Below, in pieces: positions 30,262-37,943 of a DNA stretch of 64,000 nt. A program made the translations under genes and the position numbers. Positions within the stretch are counted from its first letter, which is position 1. Each line of letters begins with the position of its first letter. Where the stretch lies: positions 1,408,001-1,472,000 of the forward strand of contig CAWBMP010000004.1 in assembly GCA_963790025.1 (NCBI GenBank), read 5' to 3'. The notes below the pieces were generated by a model that ran no database searches, was not told the DNA's origin, and was given only the letters and a program-made list of their open reading frames with translations. The DNA is from Nitrospirota bacterium. GTDB lineage: Bacteria > Nitrospirota > Thermodesulfovibrionia > Thermodesulfovibrionales > Dissulfurispiraceae.

Positions 30262-30359
30262 CACTTTTGAGCCTATATCAGACAACCTGTCTGTCTGAGA
30301 AAGTGGCGTGTCGGGCTTTATATTAAGCCTTTTTTGCCTTCCCGGTAGCAAAAAGGTAT
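30262..30359. repeat. About 97-bp direct repeat, copy 2 (flanks SRAP)
   Basis: Shares ATATCAGACA.CCTGTC, GCTTTATATTAAGCC and AAAAGGTAT with 29391-29487. Confidence 0.8.
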
Positions 30360-30398
30360 CAATACGCCACTCGAGGCCGAAGTAAGCCCAAATAGGCT

Positions 30399-31157
30399 CT
30401 ATTTCAATTTTGGGAATTCCTGTGTAAAAGTTCCGCAATAATCCTTGATATTGTTTTTCATGAAAATCGGGATTTTATAAGCTTTGCATTGCCTTGTTAT
30501 TTCATTTACCCATGCCCTGTCGGGAGCAGGAGCATTTTTACCTGTCTGGGCTCCCAGTATTATCCACTGAAAGTCCGCCAAGTCAAAACTTATTGGGCCG
30601 AGGAGAGGTTCAATGCTCAGGAACCTGACAGGCGCCGACACCTTCTTTAATATCTCCGCCCTTGCCATATCTCTGTCGGAATTAACGGAAGTCCCTACAT
30701 AAGAATTATCAGGGAATTTAAACTCCGCCAACCTTTTCGGATTTTTTGTCAGGAACATGAAAGTATGCCGGGAACATTCTTTTGTCACCTTCAGCACCGC
30801 CTCTATCCAGTCAGTCGGAACCCATGCTCCAAACAAATCGCCGACGTCAACAACAAATACCTTGCCCGGTTCCTTTGCCTTATATGGTTCAACCAGCCTA
30901 TGCGGATAAAAAGTGCAGTCATAGCCGTAGGGATTGATTTCCCCCTGCTTCGCAATATGCGTTCCACCGCTCTCCCTTTTTCGCCAGTCTTTCTCGTAGA
31001 CAAGTTCTCCGGCCTTATTCTTGTACCGAGCCCCGAACCTGTTAAGCGGTGAAGTTGATTTCAAGGTGTTGTAGCAGTATTGGTTACGGCATGCGTGATA
31101 GCACCCGGATACCGGGTTCCAAGTGTAGTCGCACCACTCAATAGATGTTTTATTCAT
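30399..31157 (-). CDS. DUF5131 (phage Gp37/Gp68) radical SAM-like protein
   Basis: TSIEWCDYTWNPVSGC, VFV..GDLF, FLTKNP, FLSIEPLL, WIILGAQTG. Confidence 0.9.
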   Translation of the reverse strand: MNKTSIEWCDYTWNPVSGCYHACRNQYCYNTLKSTSPLNRFGARYKNKAGELVYEKDWRKRESGGTHIAKQGEINPYGYDCTFYPHRLVEPYKAKEPGKVFVVDVGDLFGAWVPTDWIEAVLKVTKECSRHTFMFLTKNPKRLAEFKFPDNSYVGTSVNSDRDMARAEILKKVSAPVRFLSIEPLLGPISFDLADFQWIILGAQTGKNAPAPDRAWVNEITRQCKAYKIPIFMKNNIKDYCGTFTQEFPKLK

Positions 31158-31467
31158 GTTTGCTCCTCCTGCTCCTTAATTTGGACTCAACCACGAGTGG
31201 TTGCTCACCCTCGGGGTAGAAGAGCCCGCCGTCAAGTTCATCCACTCTAGTTGCTGGGTGGCACAAGTAGACGATATATCCGCGTCTCCCCATGTAAGTT
31301 CTTCCCCCGCTCCTAACACAATTCCGTTTAGCTTCTTCTATTGTGTCACCTTTCCCCCAATACCCTGGTGTCCCTGCCGTCTTACAGAGGTATTCGTAAC
31401 CTTTAAGTTTTGCCATTACCTGATCCTCATAAGTCGTGCCAGTTGTCTCTGATGACTGCTCGATCAT
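31150..31467 (-). CDS. Hypothetical protein
   Basis: GAGGTG RBS within the duplicated upstream module. Confidence 0.65.
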   Translation of the reverse strand: MIEQSSETTGTTYEDQVMAKLKGYEYLCKTAGTPGYWGKGDTIEEAKRNCVRSGGRTYMGRRGYIVYLCHPATRVDELDGGLFYPEGEQPLVVESKLRSRRSKHE

Positions 31468-31640
31468 ATACTCACCTCATAGAAAAACCGTTTTTTTTAG
31501 CCGACAATCGCCATGTTATATTTAACCATCGTGCGATAGGTAGAGTCCAGTCGAAAAAAATAATCTTTAAAATTCAACAATATTCTCAACCGGTGACCCG
31601 GTGCAATGAATTTCCCTGCAATTTCAGGGAATTGAGGGAA
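31465..31640 (-). promoter_or_regulatory. Duplicated upstream/promoter module (copy B)
   Basis: Near-identical to 4949-5135 in two blocks with conserved spacing. Confidence 0.8.
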
Positions 31641-31884
31641 ACGGGAAAGCGCTGACATCCGACATGAGTTTAAAACCATAGGACGCAGAATTGAACCTTA
31701 CGCCGATAATCACGCAAATTTGCAGGCTCTCCTTGGTAGTCCCTGATCCATACAAGTCTCCGGCCATATTTATCCAACCTCCACCAATCTCTTGTCTCAT
31801 CATCCTTTATCCTGTTTGCGTTCTCTTCCTTCTCGTTCTTTTTTTATTGAAGTGGGATATGGTACATATAGAATAGTCTCCTAA

Positions 31885-31998
31885 AATAGGAGTGCTAATT
31901 ATGTAAGAAGTGGCTTTAAACGCTACTGTTTTAGGAGTGTTTTTTTGCATGATTGATTTAAACGCTACCATTATAGGAGCGTAAGCACTCCTATAATA
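31885..31998. repeat. Iteron-like repeats, putative replication origin
   Basis: TTTAAACGCTAC x2 (42-bp period), TAGGAGYG x3, dyad ATTATAGGAG-N8-CTCCTATAAT; directly 3' of the wHTH gene. Confidence 0.6.
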
Positions 31999-32005
31999 GG
32001 GGTTG

Positions 32006-32410
32006 TTACTGTTTTCCATGAACTTCCTCACAGTATCCATCATGTCGTTCCAGGAATTCCGGAGTCCCGTATCGTTGGTATCTTTGCGAGAGACGGTATT
32101 TCGTGCAGGCTTTTCCCTGATATCTCATGCCGCCCCTATGGACAATATCAACGAATCCGAGTTCATGTAGCCGCTTTATGCCCCTATCAAAAGCAGAGGC
32201 ATGTAAGCCTGATTTCTTCGCTTCTCTGTAGGTGAGAGTGAATTCGTATGAAAACCTGTCGTGTGGATTGTTCGTTTTGACTTTTCGCATACAAAGAATC
32301 AGAGCGTGCATGGCAGCACCGGTTAGCTCCTTAAATGATAGGCTGTCAATAATTTCATATGTGATCGGCACAAAGCCACCAACAATTTTATTGCTCTTTT
32401 TCTTCTTCAC
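32006..32410 (-). CDS. Winged-HTH protein, possible replication initiator
   Basis: FVPITYEIIDSLSFKELTGAA...FTLTYREAK...FDRGIKRLHELGFV. Confidence 0.6.
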   Translation of the reverse strand: MKKKKSNKIVGGFVPITYEIIDSLSFKELTGAAMHALILCMRKVKTNNPHDRFSYEFTLTYREAKKSGLHASAFDRGIKRLHELGFVDIVHRGGMRYQGKACTKYRLSQRYQRYGTPEFLERHDGYCEEVHGKQ

Positions 32411-32419
32411 AATATTTCA

Positions 32420-32620
32420 TCATTGCCCCACTTCTTCGGGCGAGCGGCTCCCCGCAGGCGACCCGATGCCAGAGGGGAGTGGCGTAAATCCACTCCCGTT
32501 GTTGAAATGGTTCTCCACCTGTGATACAGTATTTTTATCAATTTTGTTCAGCGATTTATTGGAAAGCCCTTGTTCCCGCAAGGGCTTTTCCATTCCCTTA
32601 CCTGCGTCAACTATTTTCAT
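32420..32620 (-). CDS. Small hypothetical protein
   Basis: GGAGGAG RBS; ATGA coupling. Confidence 0.4.
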   Translation of the reverse strand: MKIVDAGKGMEKPLREQGLSNKSLNKIDKNTVSQVENHFNNGSGFTPLPSGIGSPAGSRSPEEVGQ

Positions 32621-33024
32621 TTGGCTCCTCCGCAGATATGCCCACTTTCAGATTCCAAAGTCTCACCACATTGCAAACATCTATCTATTTCCAACTGGAC
32701 TAATATCCACCACCCGTTTCTTATCCGCACCGGTAGATGTTCGACGTTTTCAAAGGCTCGTTTTAAGACCCACCTCACCGGTTGGGCAAAAGATGGACAT
32801 GGCCAACGCACCAACGCAACCTCTAGCCATGAGGCAAAATCGAAATCCTTATCCAGTATCTTTGCGACACTCAGAGGATAAAGATCTGTTTTCTCCATTG
32901 TATCGCGGCAGTCATCATGACTGCCCGTGTAAATTACGGACCCTCGCAGGGTATCCATTGTGAACCCAACGACAACGTAATCTGCCAAGGGCTTTTCCAC
33001 TTCCTTACTTGATGTTTTCACCAT
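32617..33024 (-). CDS. Hypothetical protein
   Basis: GGAG RBS; overlaps the ERF gene end. Confidence 0.55.
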   Translation of the reverse strand: MVKTSSKEVEKPLADYVVVGFTMDTLRGSVIYTGSHDDCRDTMEKTDLYPLSVAKILDKDFDFASWLEVALVRWPCPSFAQPVRWVLKRAFENVEHLPVRIRNGWWILVQLEIDRCLQCGETLESESGHICGGAK

Positions 33025-33832
33025 TTTTACTCTCCTTGTCTTTCTGTTCTTTTGCTTCCTTTTCCTTTACCATTTTAATCAGTGTTCCGATTAGCGTTAT
33101 CGCCTGCTTTTTGGAAATATCCTTTGTGCTTTCAAGACGGCCATCAATGCCCAAAATCCGAGCAGTTTCCGCAAGCCTACGCTCTCTTTCCTGCCTCAAA
33201 AATGGTGTAAATTCGGCATCCTGTTCTGGCTCCTGATACCCCAATATCATGAACTCCTTGTGGATGCGTCCCAGTTGATCATTTGTCAGTTTTTCATCAT
33301 CAGTGTGGAAAACTTTTTCCGCCACTGATTCTACCGGCTTGATTGTCGGGTTATCTGCATCCTGTTTTTCCCGACGCACAAAGGATTCCAGTTCCACTGC
33401 CTCAACAGGCGGCAAGGGTTTGAGATTTACATTTCCTCTTCCGCATGCGGCGTTGCCGTCATCATCGTCGTCATCCGTCGCAATTCCGACAATGCCCATG
33501 AGCGAATATCGTCTCGCATAGGTTATAGCGGAACCAATTCCCTGCGGGTCGTTTTTTACAGGCGGCATCGACAATTTACTGCTTATCCACTGACCCGAGT
33601 TATGCATAAGTGTCGTTACGACTATCACAGCGTCTGGACTGCATTCGGTTGTCTGGGTTACTGATAATCCGTTATCAGATAGCGGTTTGCGAATTACGTC
33701 CCAACATGCAGAAAGCGGTGCGTATTTGGATTTATAAAACGGATTCGTTAAACCCTTTGCCACACTCCCTATTGCACCCTGTGTTTTGCTTAATGCCGCT
33801 GCCAACTCGTTAATGCTTGGTGAACTTTCCAT
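33005..33832 (-). CDS. ERF-family ssDNA annealing recombinase
   Basis: NPFYKSKYAPL, LMHNSGQWISS, DPQGIGSAITYARRYSL, DDDG. Confidence 0.92.
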   Translation of the reverse strand: MESSPSINELAAALSKTQGAIGSVAKGLTNPFYKSKYAPLSACWDVIRKPLSDNGLSVTQTTECSPDAVIVVTTLMHNSGQWISSKLSMPPVKNDPQGIGSAITYARRYSLMGIVGIATDDDDDDGNAACGRGNVNLKPLPPVEAVELESFVRREKQDADNPTIKPVESVAEKVFHTDDEKLTNDQLGRIHKEFMILGYQEPEQDAEFTPFLRQERERRLAETARILGIDGRLESTKDISKKQAITLIGTLIKMVKEKEAKEQKDKESKNGENIK

Positions 33833-33833
33833 A

Positions 33834-33998
33834 TTACTTTTCCTCCTGTTGTAATTTTTCCAAAATGTACACCCTCAACATTGTTGCTACATACATCCCT
33901 TTCCGCACGGCAACTTGACGGATTTGCTCCACCACGCTACCGGGCAGACGAAGATGCACACACTTGTCTTTCCTTACTGCCGTGTCTACTACATTCAT
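33834..33998 (-). CDS. RHH/CopG-like small DNA-binding protein
   Basis: VHLRLPGSVVEQIRQVAVRKGMYVATMLRVYILEKL. Confidence 0.7.
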   Translation of the reverse strand: MNVVDTAVRKDKCVHLRLPGSVVEQIRQVAVRKGMYVATMLRVYILEKLQQEEK

Positions 33999-34155
33999 CC
34001 TTTGTTCTCCTTTGTGTCTCGATTTATAGAATATGAGACACTTCATTGTTATTAAAAAAGCAGAATGAGATTCAATCTGCTCGCCTATGCTGCTAATTTA
34101 TCTCTCCAAAAAACGTAAGTCAAAAAACATTGCAATGCTTATTATTTCATTGCAA

Positions 34156-34926
34156 TCACCTATCCACCATGTCATCCGCGCAGTATGAACAAATCTGAGT
34201 CCAGCCTTGTGCTCTCCATTCAGAGATAGAACATAGGTCATCATCGATACACTTGTAGTTCAAAACTTCGTAAAAACCATCGGAAAGTGAATCGAAATTC
34301 CTTTCTATATAGTCTGAGATGCTTCCTCCATACTCACTTTCCAGCTCCGACATGAATTTGCTATCTTCAGTATCAATCTCGATTATGTATTCTGTTTCCT
34401 CACACCTCGTTTCATATCGTATGATCCTAAATTTTGTCATCTGACCCGTTTCAAAGACGTCGCTCTCATTGCCAAAAACATCCAACTGTTTTCCAACGAT
34501 CTTATTTTTCAGTTTATTTTCTTCCTCATGAGGGTCAATCGCTTTTTGTCTCAAACGCTGATTTTCCACCTGTAACTCTGTGACTATTTTATTAAGCCGA
34601 TTGTTTTCGGTTTGCTCAAACAACAATAGTCTCCATAGGTGTAAAGGTTCATTCATGCCACCTCCCTCGTCGTATTGGCAATAATGCAAGTAGTGATCTT
34701 TACAGAGGAAAAAATCGTGTTTGATGTGTGTTGCTATCGCATCACCACATACCTCGCATTCCTCTTTTCCAAAATTTAAAAATTTCTTCATCCACTCCGC
34801 CTCATACTCATCGCTTCCTCTTTCGCGACATAAGGCATAGTCGACAAAGTCGGATAATCCTTCCTCCTCGAGCCCTCCTTGTTTGCCAATCTGTTTAATT
34901 TCATTTTCATCCAAACTTTTAATCAT
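34156..34926 (-). CDS. Acidic hypothetical protein with Zn-finger and coiled coil
   Basis: GGAGGGG RBS; CEVC...LCKDH. Confidence 0.6.
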   Translation of the reverse strand: MIKSLDENEIKQIGKQGGLEEEGLSDFVDYALCRERGSDEYEAEWMKKFLNFGKEECEVCGDAIATHIKHDFFLCKDHYLHYCQYDEGGGMNEPLHLWRLLLFEQTENNRLNKIVTELQVENQRLRQKAIDPHEEENKLKNKIVGKQLDVFGNESDVFETGQMTKFRIIRYETRCEETEYIIEIDTEDSKFMSELESEYGGSISDYIERNFDSLSDGFYEVLNYKCIDDDLCSISEWRAQGWTQICSYCADDMVDR

Positions 34927-35143
34927 CTTTCCCCTCCATCAAAAGTTTTATTTGCCGGTAACTTGACCTGCATGCATATTTAAACTCTGTTTTCCGCGCC
35001 TTCCAAATCGGGTTTTTACGATAATGATACGACGTTGATTTATCACAGTATTTTTTTGCAATGGATTGCAATGACATTTTATTTTTTATTTCAGGGAAAT
35101 GAGGGAAATGTCTGTAATGGGGAATAATAGATACTGTTAAGGG

Positions 35144-35665
35144 TTAAAAACCATGTCGGGATAATGTCTCTGTGAAGGCAGGTTGTTTGTATGTAGAACC
35201 TACAGTCTCATCCAAAAATTTGGCTATCAACTGCAAATTCTTTTGTGATGGCTTTATGCGTCCAGATATCCAATCCGTTAACTGTTCGGGGTGTCGATTC
35301 ATCACCTTCGCCAGTCGCTCATATGATAATCCATTAACCTTCTTATAAAAATCCAGATTTCTGACAACATCTTCAATAGGTGGACGCTCAAATGGCATAT
35401 AGCCGAGGAACTCAATAATCTTGGGTATATGGACTAATTCCGGTTCTGTTAAGTCCTTCTCCCAGTGAAGTATTGTCTGTTCAGATACCCGGAATATTGT
35501 CGAAACTGCCAATTGTGTTAAGTTTCTATCCATACGAGCTTTTCTGATGTGTTCGCCTATCCGTGTCGGCACTTTGGGATAGCCTTTTGGCGACATTTCT
35601 GGTAAAATCAAAGACATGCGATATAGGAGCATCTTTGAAAAAGTTGGAAAAGTGTCCGCAGGAAT
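35144..35665 (-). CDS. Tandem XRE-family HTH protein; frame open up to and across the att junction, start unclear (ATGs at 35632/35617 lack an SD)
   Basis: GYP..PTRIGEHIRKARMDRNLTQ...TILHWEK..EP; second HTH GLSYERLAKVMNRHPEQLTDWISGRIKP. Confidence 0.8.
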   Translation of the reverse strand: MPADTFPTFSKMLLYRMSLILPEMSPKGYPKVPTRIGEHIRKARMDRNLTQLAVSTIFRVSEQTILHWEKDLTEPELVHIPKIIEFLGYMPFERPPIEDVVRNLDFYKKVNGLSYERLAKVMNRHPEQLTDWISGRIKPSQKNLQLIAKFLDETVGSTYKQPAFTETLSRHGF

Positions 35666-35675
35666 GTCCCTGCGG
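35656..35675. other. Putative attR of the LSR island
   Basis: Dyad CCGCAGG-AATGTC-CCTGCGG centred on TG 35665-35666, exactly where comM similarity (CPCGY) resumes. Confidence 0.7.
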
Positions 35676-36141
35676 TTACCTGGGCGACCCGCGGCATCAG
35701 TGCACCTGCACTCCCGGCATGACCAATCGCTACCGGTCAAAAATCTCGGGGCCGCTCATGGACCGTATCGATATTCATGTAAACGTGCCCTCCGTTCCTT
35801 ACAAGGAACTATCAGGAGACTATTCCGGAGAGAAGTCGGAACTATTACGGCTGCGGGTATATGAGGCAAGAGAACGGCAGTTGAACAGGTTCAAAGGCGA
35901 TAAAATTTTCGCCAACGGCCAGATGAAGACAAGGCATATAAAGAAGTACTGTGCTCTTTCCGAAGATGCTCACAGCCTTCTTGATACCGCCATGCAGCGG
36001 CTTAACTTAAGTGCTCGCGCTTATTCAAGGATACTTAAAGTCGCGCGGACAGTAGCAGACCTGGACAGTGCCGAGGCAATCGGGAGCAGCCATGTCGCCG
36101 AGGCAATACAGTACCGCATGCTCGACAGGGGACAAGTTTAG
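35665..36141 (+). pseudogene. comM: 3' fragment of comM/yifB (Mg-chelatase-like AAA+), disrupted by the island
   Basis: CPCGYLGDPRHQCTC...KISGPLMDRIDI...LSARAYSRILKVARTVADL...AEAIQYR; the normal upstream AAMNP motif is replaced by island sequence. Confidence 0.92.
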
Positions 36142-36210
36142 GCGGGACCGGCGTATTTACTTTTACGTTTCGTGTTGCTACAATTAAGGAAAATTATGCC
36201 GGAGGTCTTG

Positions 36211-36684
36211 ATGGCACAAAAAAAATCAATAGCAAAAAAGAAAACTCCAGTAAAGAAAGCTGCTGTTGCAAAGACAGCGGCACCAAAAAAGATCACTGCA
36301 AAAGTACCGGCCCAAAAAGCTGCGGCAAAAAAGATTAGTGTAAAGACACCCGCTAAAAAAGTTGCGGCAAAAAAGATTCCTGCCCAAAAGGCTGCTGTCA
36401 AAAAGACGCCGGCAAAAAAGGCGATTATTGAACGGAAACCTGCACTCCTCAAAACCGCTGTAAAGAAAGCCGGTACCGCTAAAAAGTCAATGTCCGGGAA
36501 AGTAGCTGTACCCAAGCGGGCAATCAAAAAAATAACATCTATAACGGCTGAGTCAATTCCTGTAAAGCCTGCGGTACAGGCACCCATAACAGCCAGAAAA
36601 CCCGGACTGGCTTCGGTAATCGCAAAAATAACGGATACAAATAGGAAATCGGCCCCAACAAATGGAGGGCCCCTCAAAAACTGA
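36211..36684 (+). CDS. Histone H1-like Lys/Ala/Pro-rich protein
   Basis: Repeated PAKK/AAKK motifs; GGAGG RBS. Confidence 0.75.
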   Translation: MAQKKSIAKKKTPVKKAAVAKTAAPKKITAKVPAQKAAAKKISVKTPAKKVAAKKIPAQKAAVKKTPAKKAIIERKPALLKTAVKKAGTAKKSMSGKVAVPKRAIKKITSITAESIPVKPAVQAPITARKPGLASVIAKITDTNRKSAPTNGGPLKN

Positions 36685-36833
36685 AGCGGCCCGGAAGCGT
36701 GCTGCCTAAAAAGTACAAGCAGAGTACGGGCTATATGTGCCAGGTAAAAAGTTTTGGTGCCTATAGGCGACAACTTACATTATTCAGCGGTTAAGTTTTA
36801 ATAAGACGCATAATAAAAATATGGAGGAACTCT

Positions 36834-37013
36834 ATGAAAATTGAACTGGAAGGGACACTGATCAAATTTACGCCGGAGAACGAAAGGGAAAAGAAAGAAC
36901 TCAATCAGTTGTGGGTAATCATAATAGGATGTGTAGACCAGGGGAAGAAACTGGTGCCGGTAGGAGAATATCTTCCCGGCATAAAGGAAGTTGCAGTCTT
37001 TAATATGGAATAA
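36834..37013 (+). CDS. 59-aa conserved-looking small protein (not in ORF track)
   Basis: GGAGG RBS; MKIELEGTLIKFTPENERE...KKLVPVGEYLPG; followed by a terminator. Confidence 0.75.
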   Translation: MKIELEGTLIKFTPENEREKKELNQLWVIIIGCVDQGKKLVPVGEYLPGIKEVAVFNME

Positions 37014-37030
37014 GGCGAGACTGGAACAGA

Positions 37031-37066
37031 AAGGGGACAGCGCTAAATAGTGCTGTCCTCTTTTTG
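37031..37066 (+). terminator. Intrinsic terminator
   Basis: AGGGGACAGCGCTA/TAGTGCTGTCCTCT hairpin plus T-run. Confidence 0.7.
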
Positions 37067-37114
37067 CAGCCCTGCGCTCCTTGGCTGCACTTTTCAGCTT
37101 TCCAGGAGAAAGTT

Positions 37115-37504
37115 ATGAAAACTTTGATGATCTTCTTTGTCGCATGCCTCGTTATTTCCTCGGGATGCACCAGCAATGTCTCGAAAACCACTGAGAAAGG
37201 GCTGTTTCATTTAGAACTTAGCGGTCAGGGACATCTCCTCAAAGAGGGCAGAAATGAAGTTCAGATACATATCACAGATAATAAAGGCATGGATGTGGCA
37301 GGCGCATTGATCGAGATTACTCCGTTCATGCCTGAACACGGTCATGGCAGCATGTGGCCCCCTACGGTAACTGAAAAAAGGAAAGGTTTATACCGGGCCG
37401 TCATTGTTCTACAGATGAGCGGTCACTGGGAACTCAGGATCAGGATACGCAAGGGAGATATTGAAGACAGCACTGTATTTGATTTTCCCAATGTTATGAA
37501 GTAG
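37115..37504 (+). CDS. FixH/YtkA-like lipoprotein
   Basis: Lipobox ISSGC; PFMPEHGHG, GLYRA, MSGHWEL. Confidence 0.8.
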   Translation: MKTLMIFFVACLVISSGCTSNVSKTTEKGLFHLELSGQGHLLKEGRNEVQIHITDNKGMDVAGALIEITPFMPEHGHGSMWPPTVTEKRKGLYRAVIVLQMSGHWELRIRIRKGDIEDSTVFDFPNVMK

Positions 37505-37550
37505 ACAGACCCTGTCATACCTGCCGCCACACGTACAGGGATTTGATTGG

Positions 37551-37772
37551 TTATGACGCTTTACCTGTCGGTTTCGAAGAATCTTCCGGTGATCTATTTC
37601 GTCTTTCATTGCCCTTATAACTGCCGCCTCTTCCTCTGACAGGCTCCGTGGCAATGCTCACCCACCCTTCTGAACGGTAAAATTGTTTGATAGTCTTTGC
37701 AGCTATGAGGTCGCAAAGAATGGACGGGTCAACCATACCAAGAGTGCCATCCTGATATATTACCTTAATCAT
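37551..37772 (-). CDS. GSU3473-family small protein
   Basis: MIKVIYQDG...FYRSEGWV...VRG...YKGNERR. Confidence 0.75.
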   Translation of the reverse strand: MIKVIYQDGTLGMVDPSILCDLIAAKTIKQFYRSEGWVSIATEPVRGRGGSYKGNERRNRSPEDSSKPTGKAS

Positions 37773-37943
37773 AATATTCTCTCCTTATCACAGAACTGCG
37801 AGGTTCCTGATGATTCAATCACTTGCTGCTGGCCGGTATGGCCCCTAACCTTATAGACACTTCTATTTGCCTTACAGACACTTTTAATTATATAGTTATC
37901 CTTAATTTTTCAAATGTCAAGAGTAAGTAGGGTCGGGTAGTGC

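Larger units (their letters stand above)
1..35666. mobile_element. LSR-integrated genomic island inserted in comM/yifB (left end lies outside the window)
   Basis: LSR at the left edge; 5'-truncated comM directly at the right junction; AT-richer DNA; ArdC/ERF/SRAP/MTase/R-M gene content. Confidence 0.88.

Noticed and set aside
31807..32043. 78-aa ORF
   Set aside because: Overlaps the iteron-like region and the wHTH gene; likely spurious.
32232..32963. 243-aa plus-strand ORF and similar long antisense ORFs (2216-2896, 43274-43966, 56533-57270)
   Set aside because: Antisense to better-supported genes, with no motifs.
35563..35664. N-terminal part of the 192-aa comM-like ORF
   Set aside because: Island-derived sequence antisense to the HTH gene; comM similarity starts only at CPCGY, and no convincing SD supports a restored gene.
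1..35666. Intact prophage or ICE
   Set aside because: No terminase, portal, capsid, tail, lysis, relaxase or T4SS genes recognised.
36138..36773. 211-aa hydrophobic ORF on the minus strand
   Set aside because: Antisense shadow of the H1-like gene.
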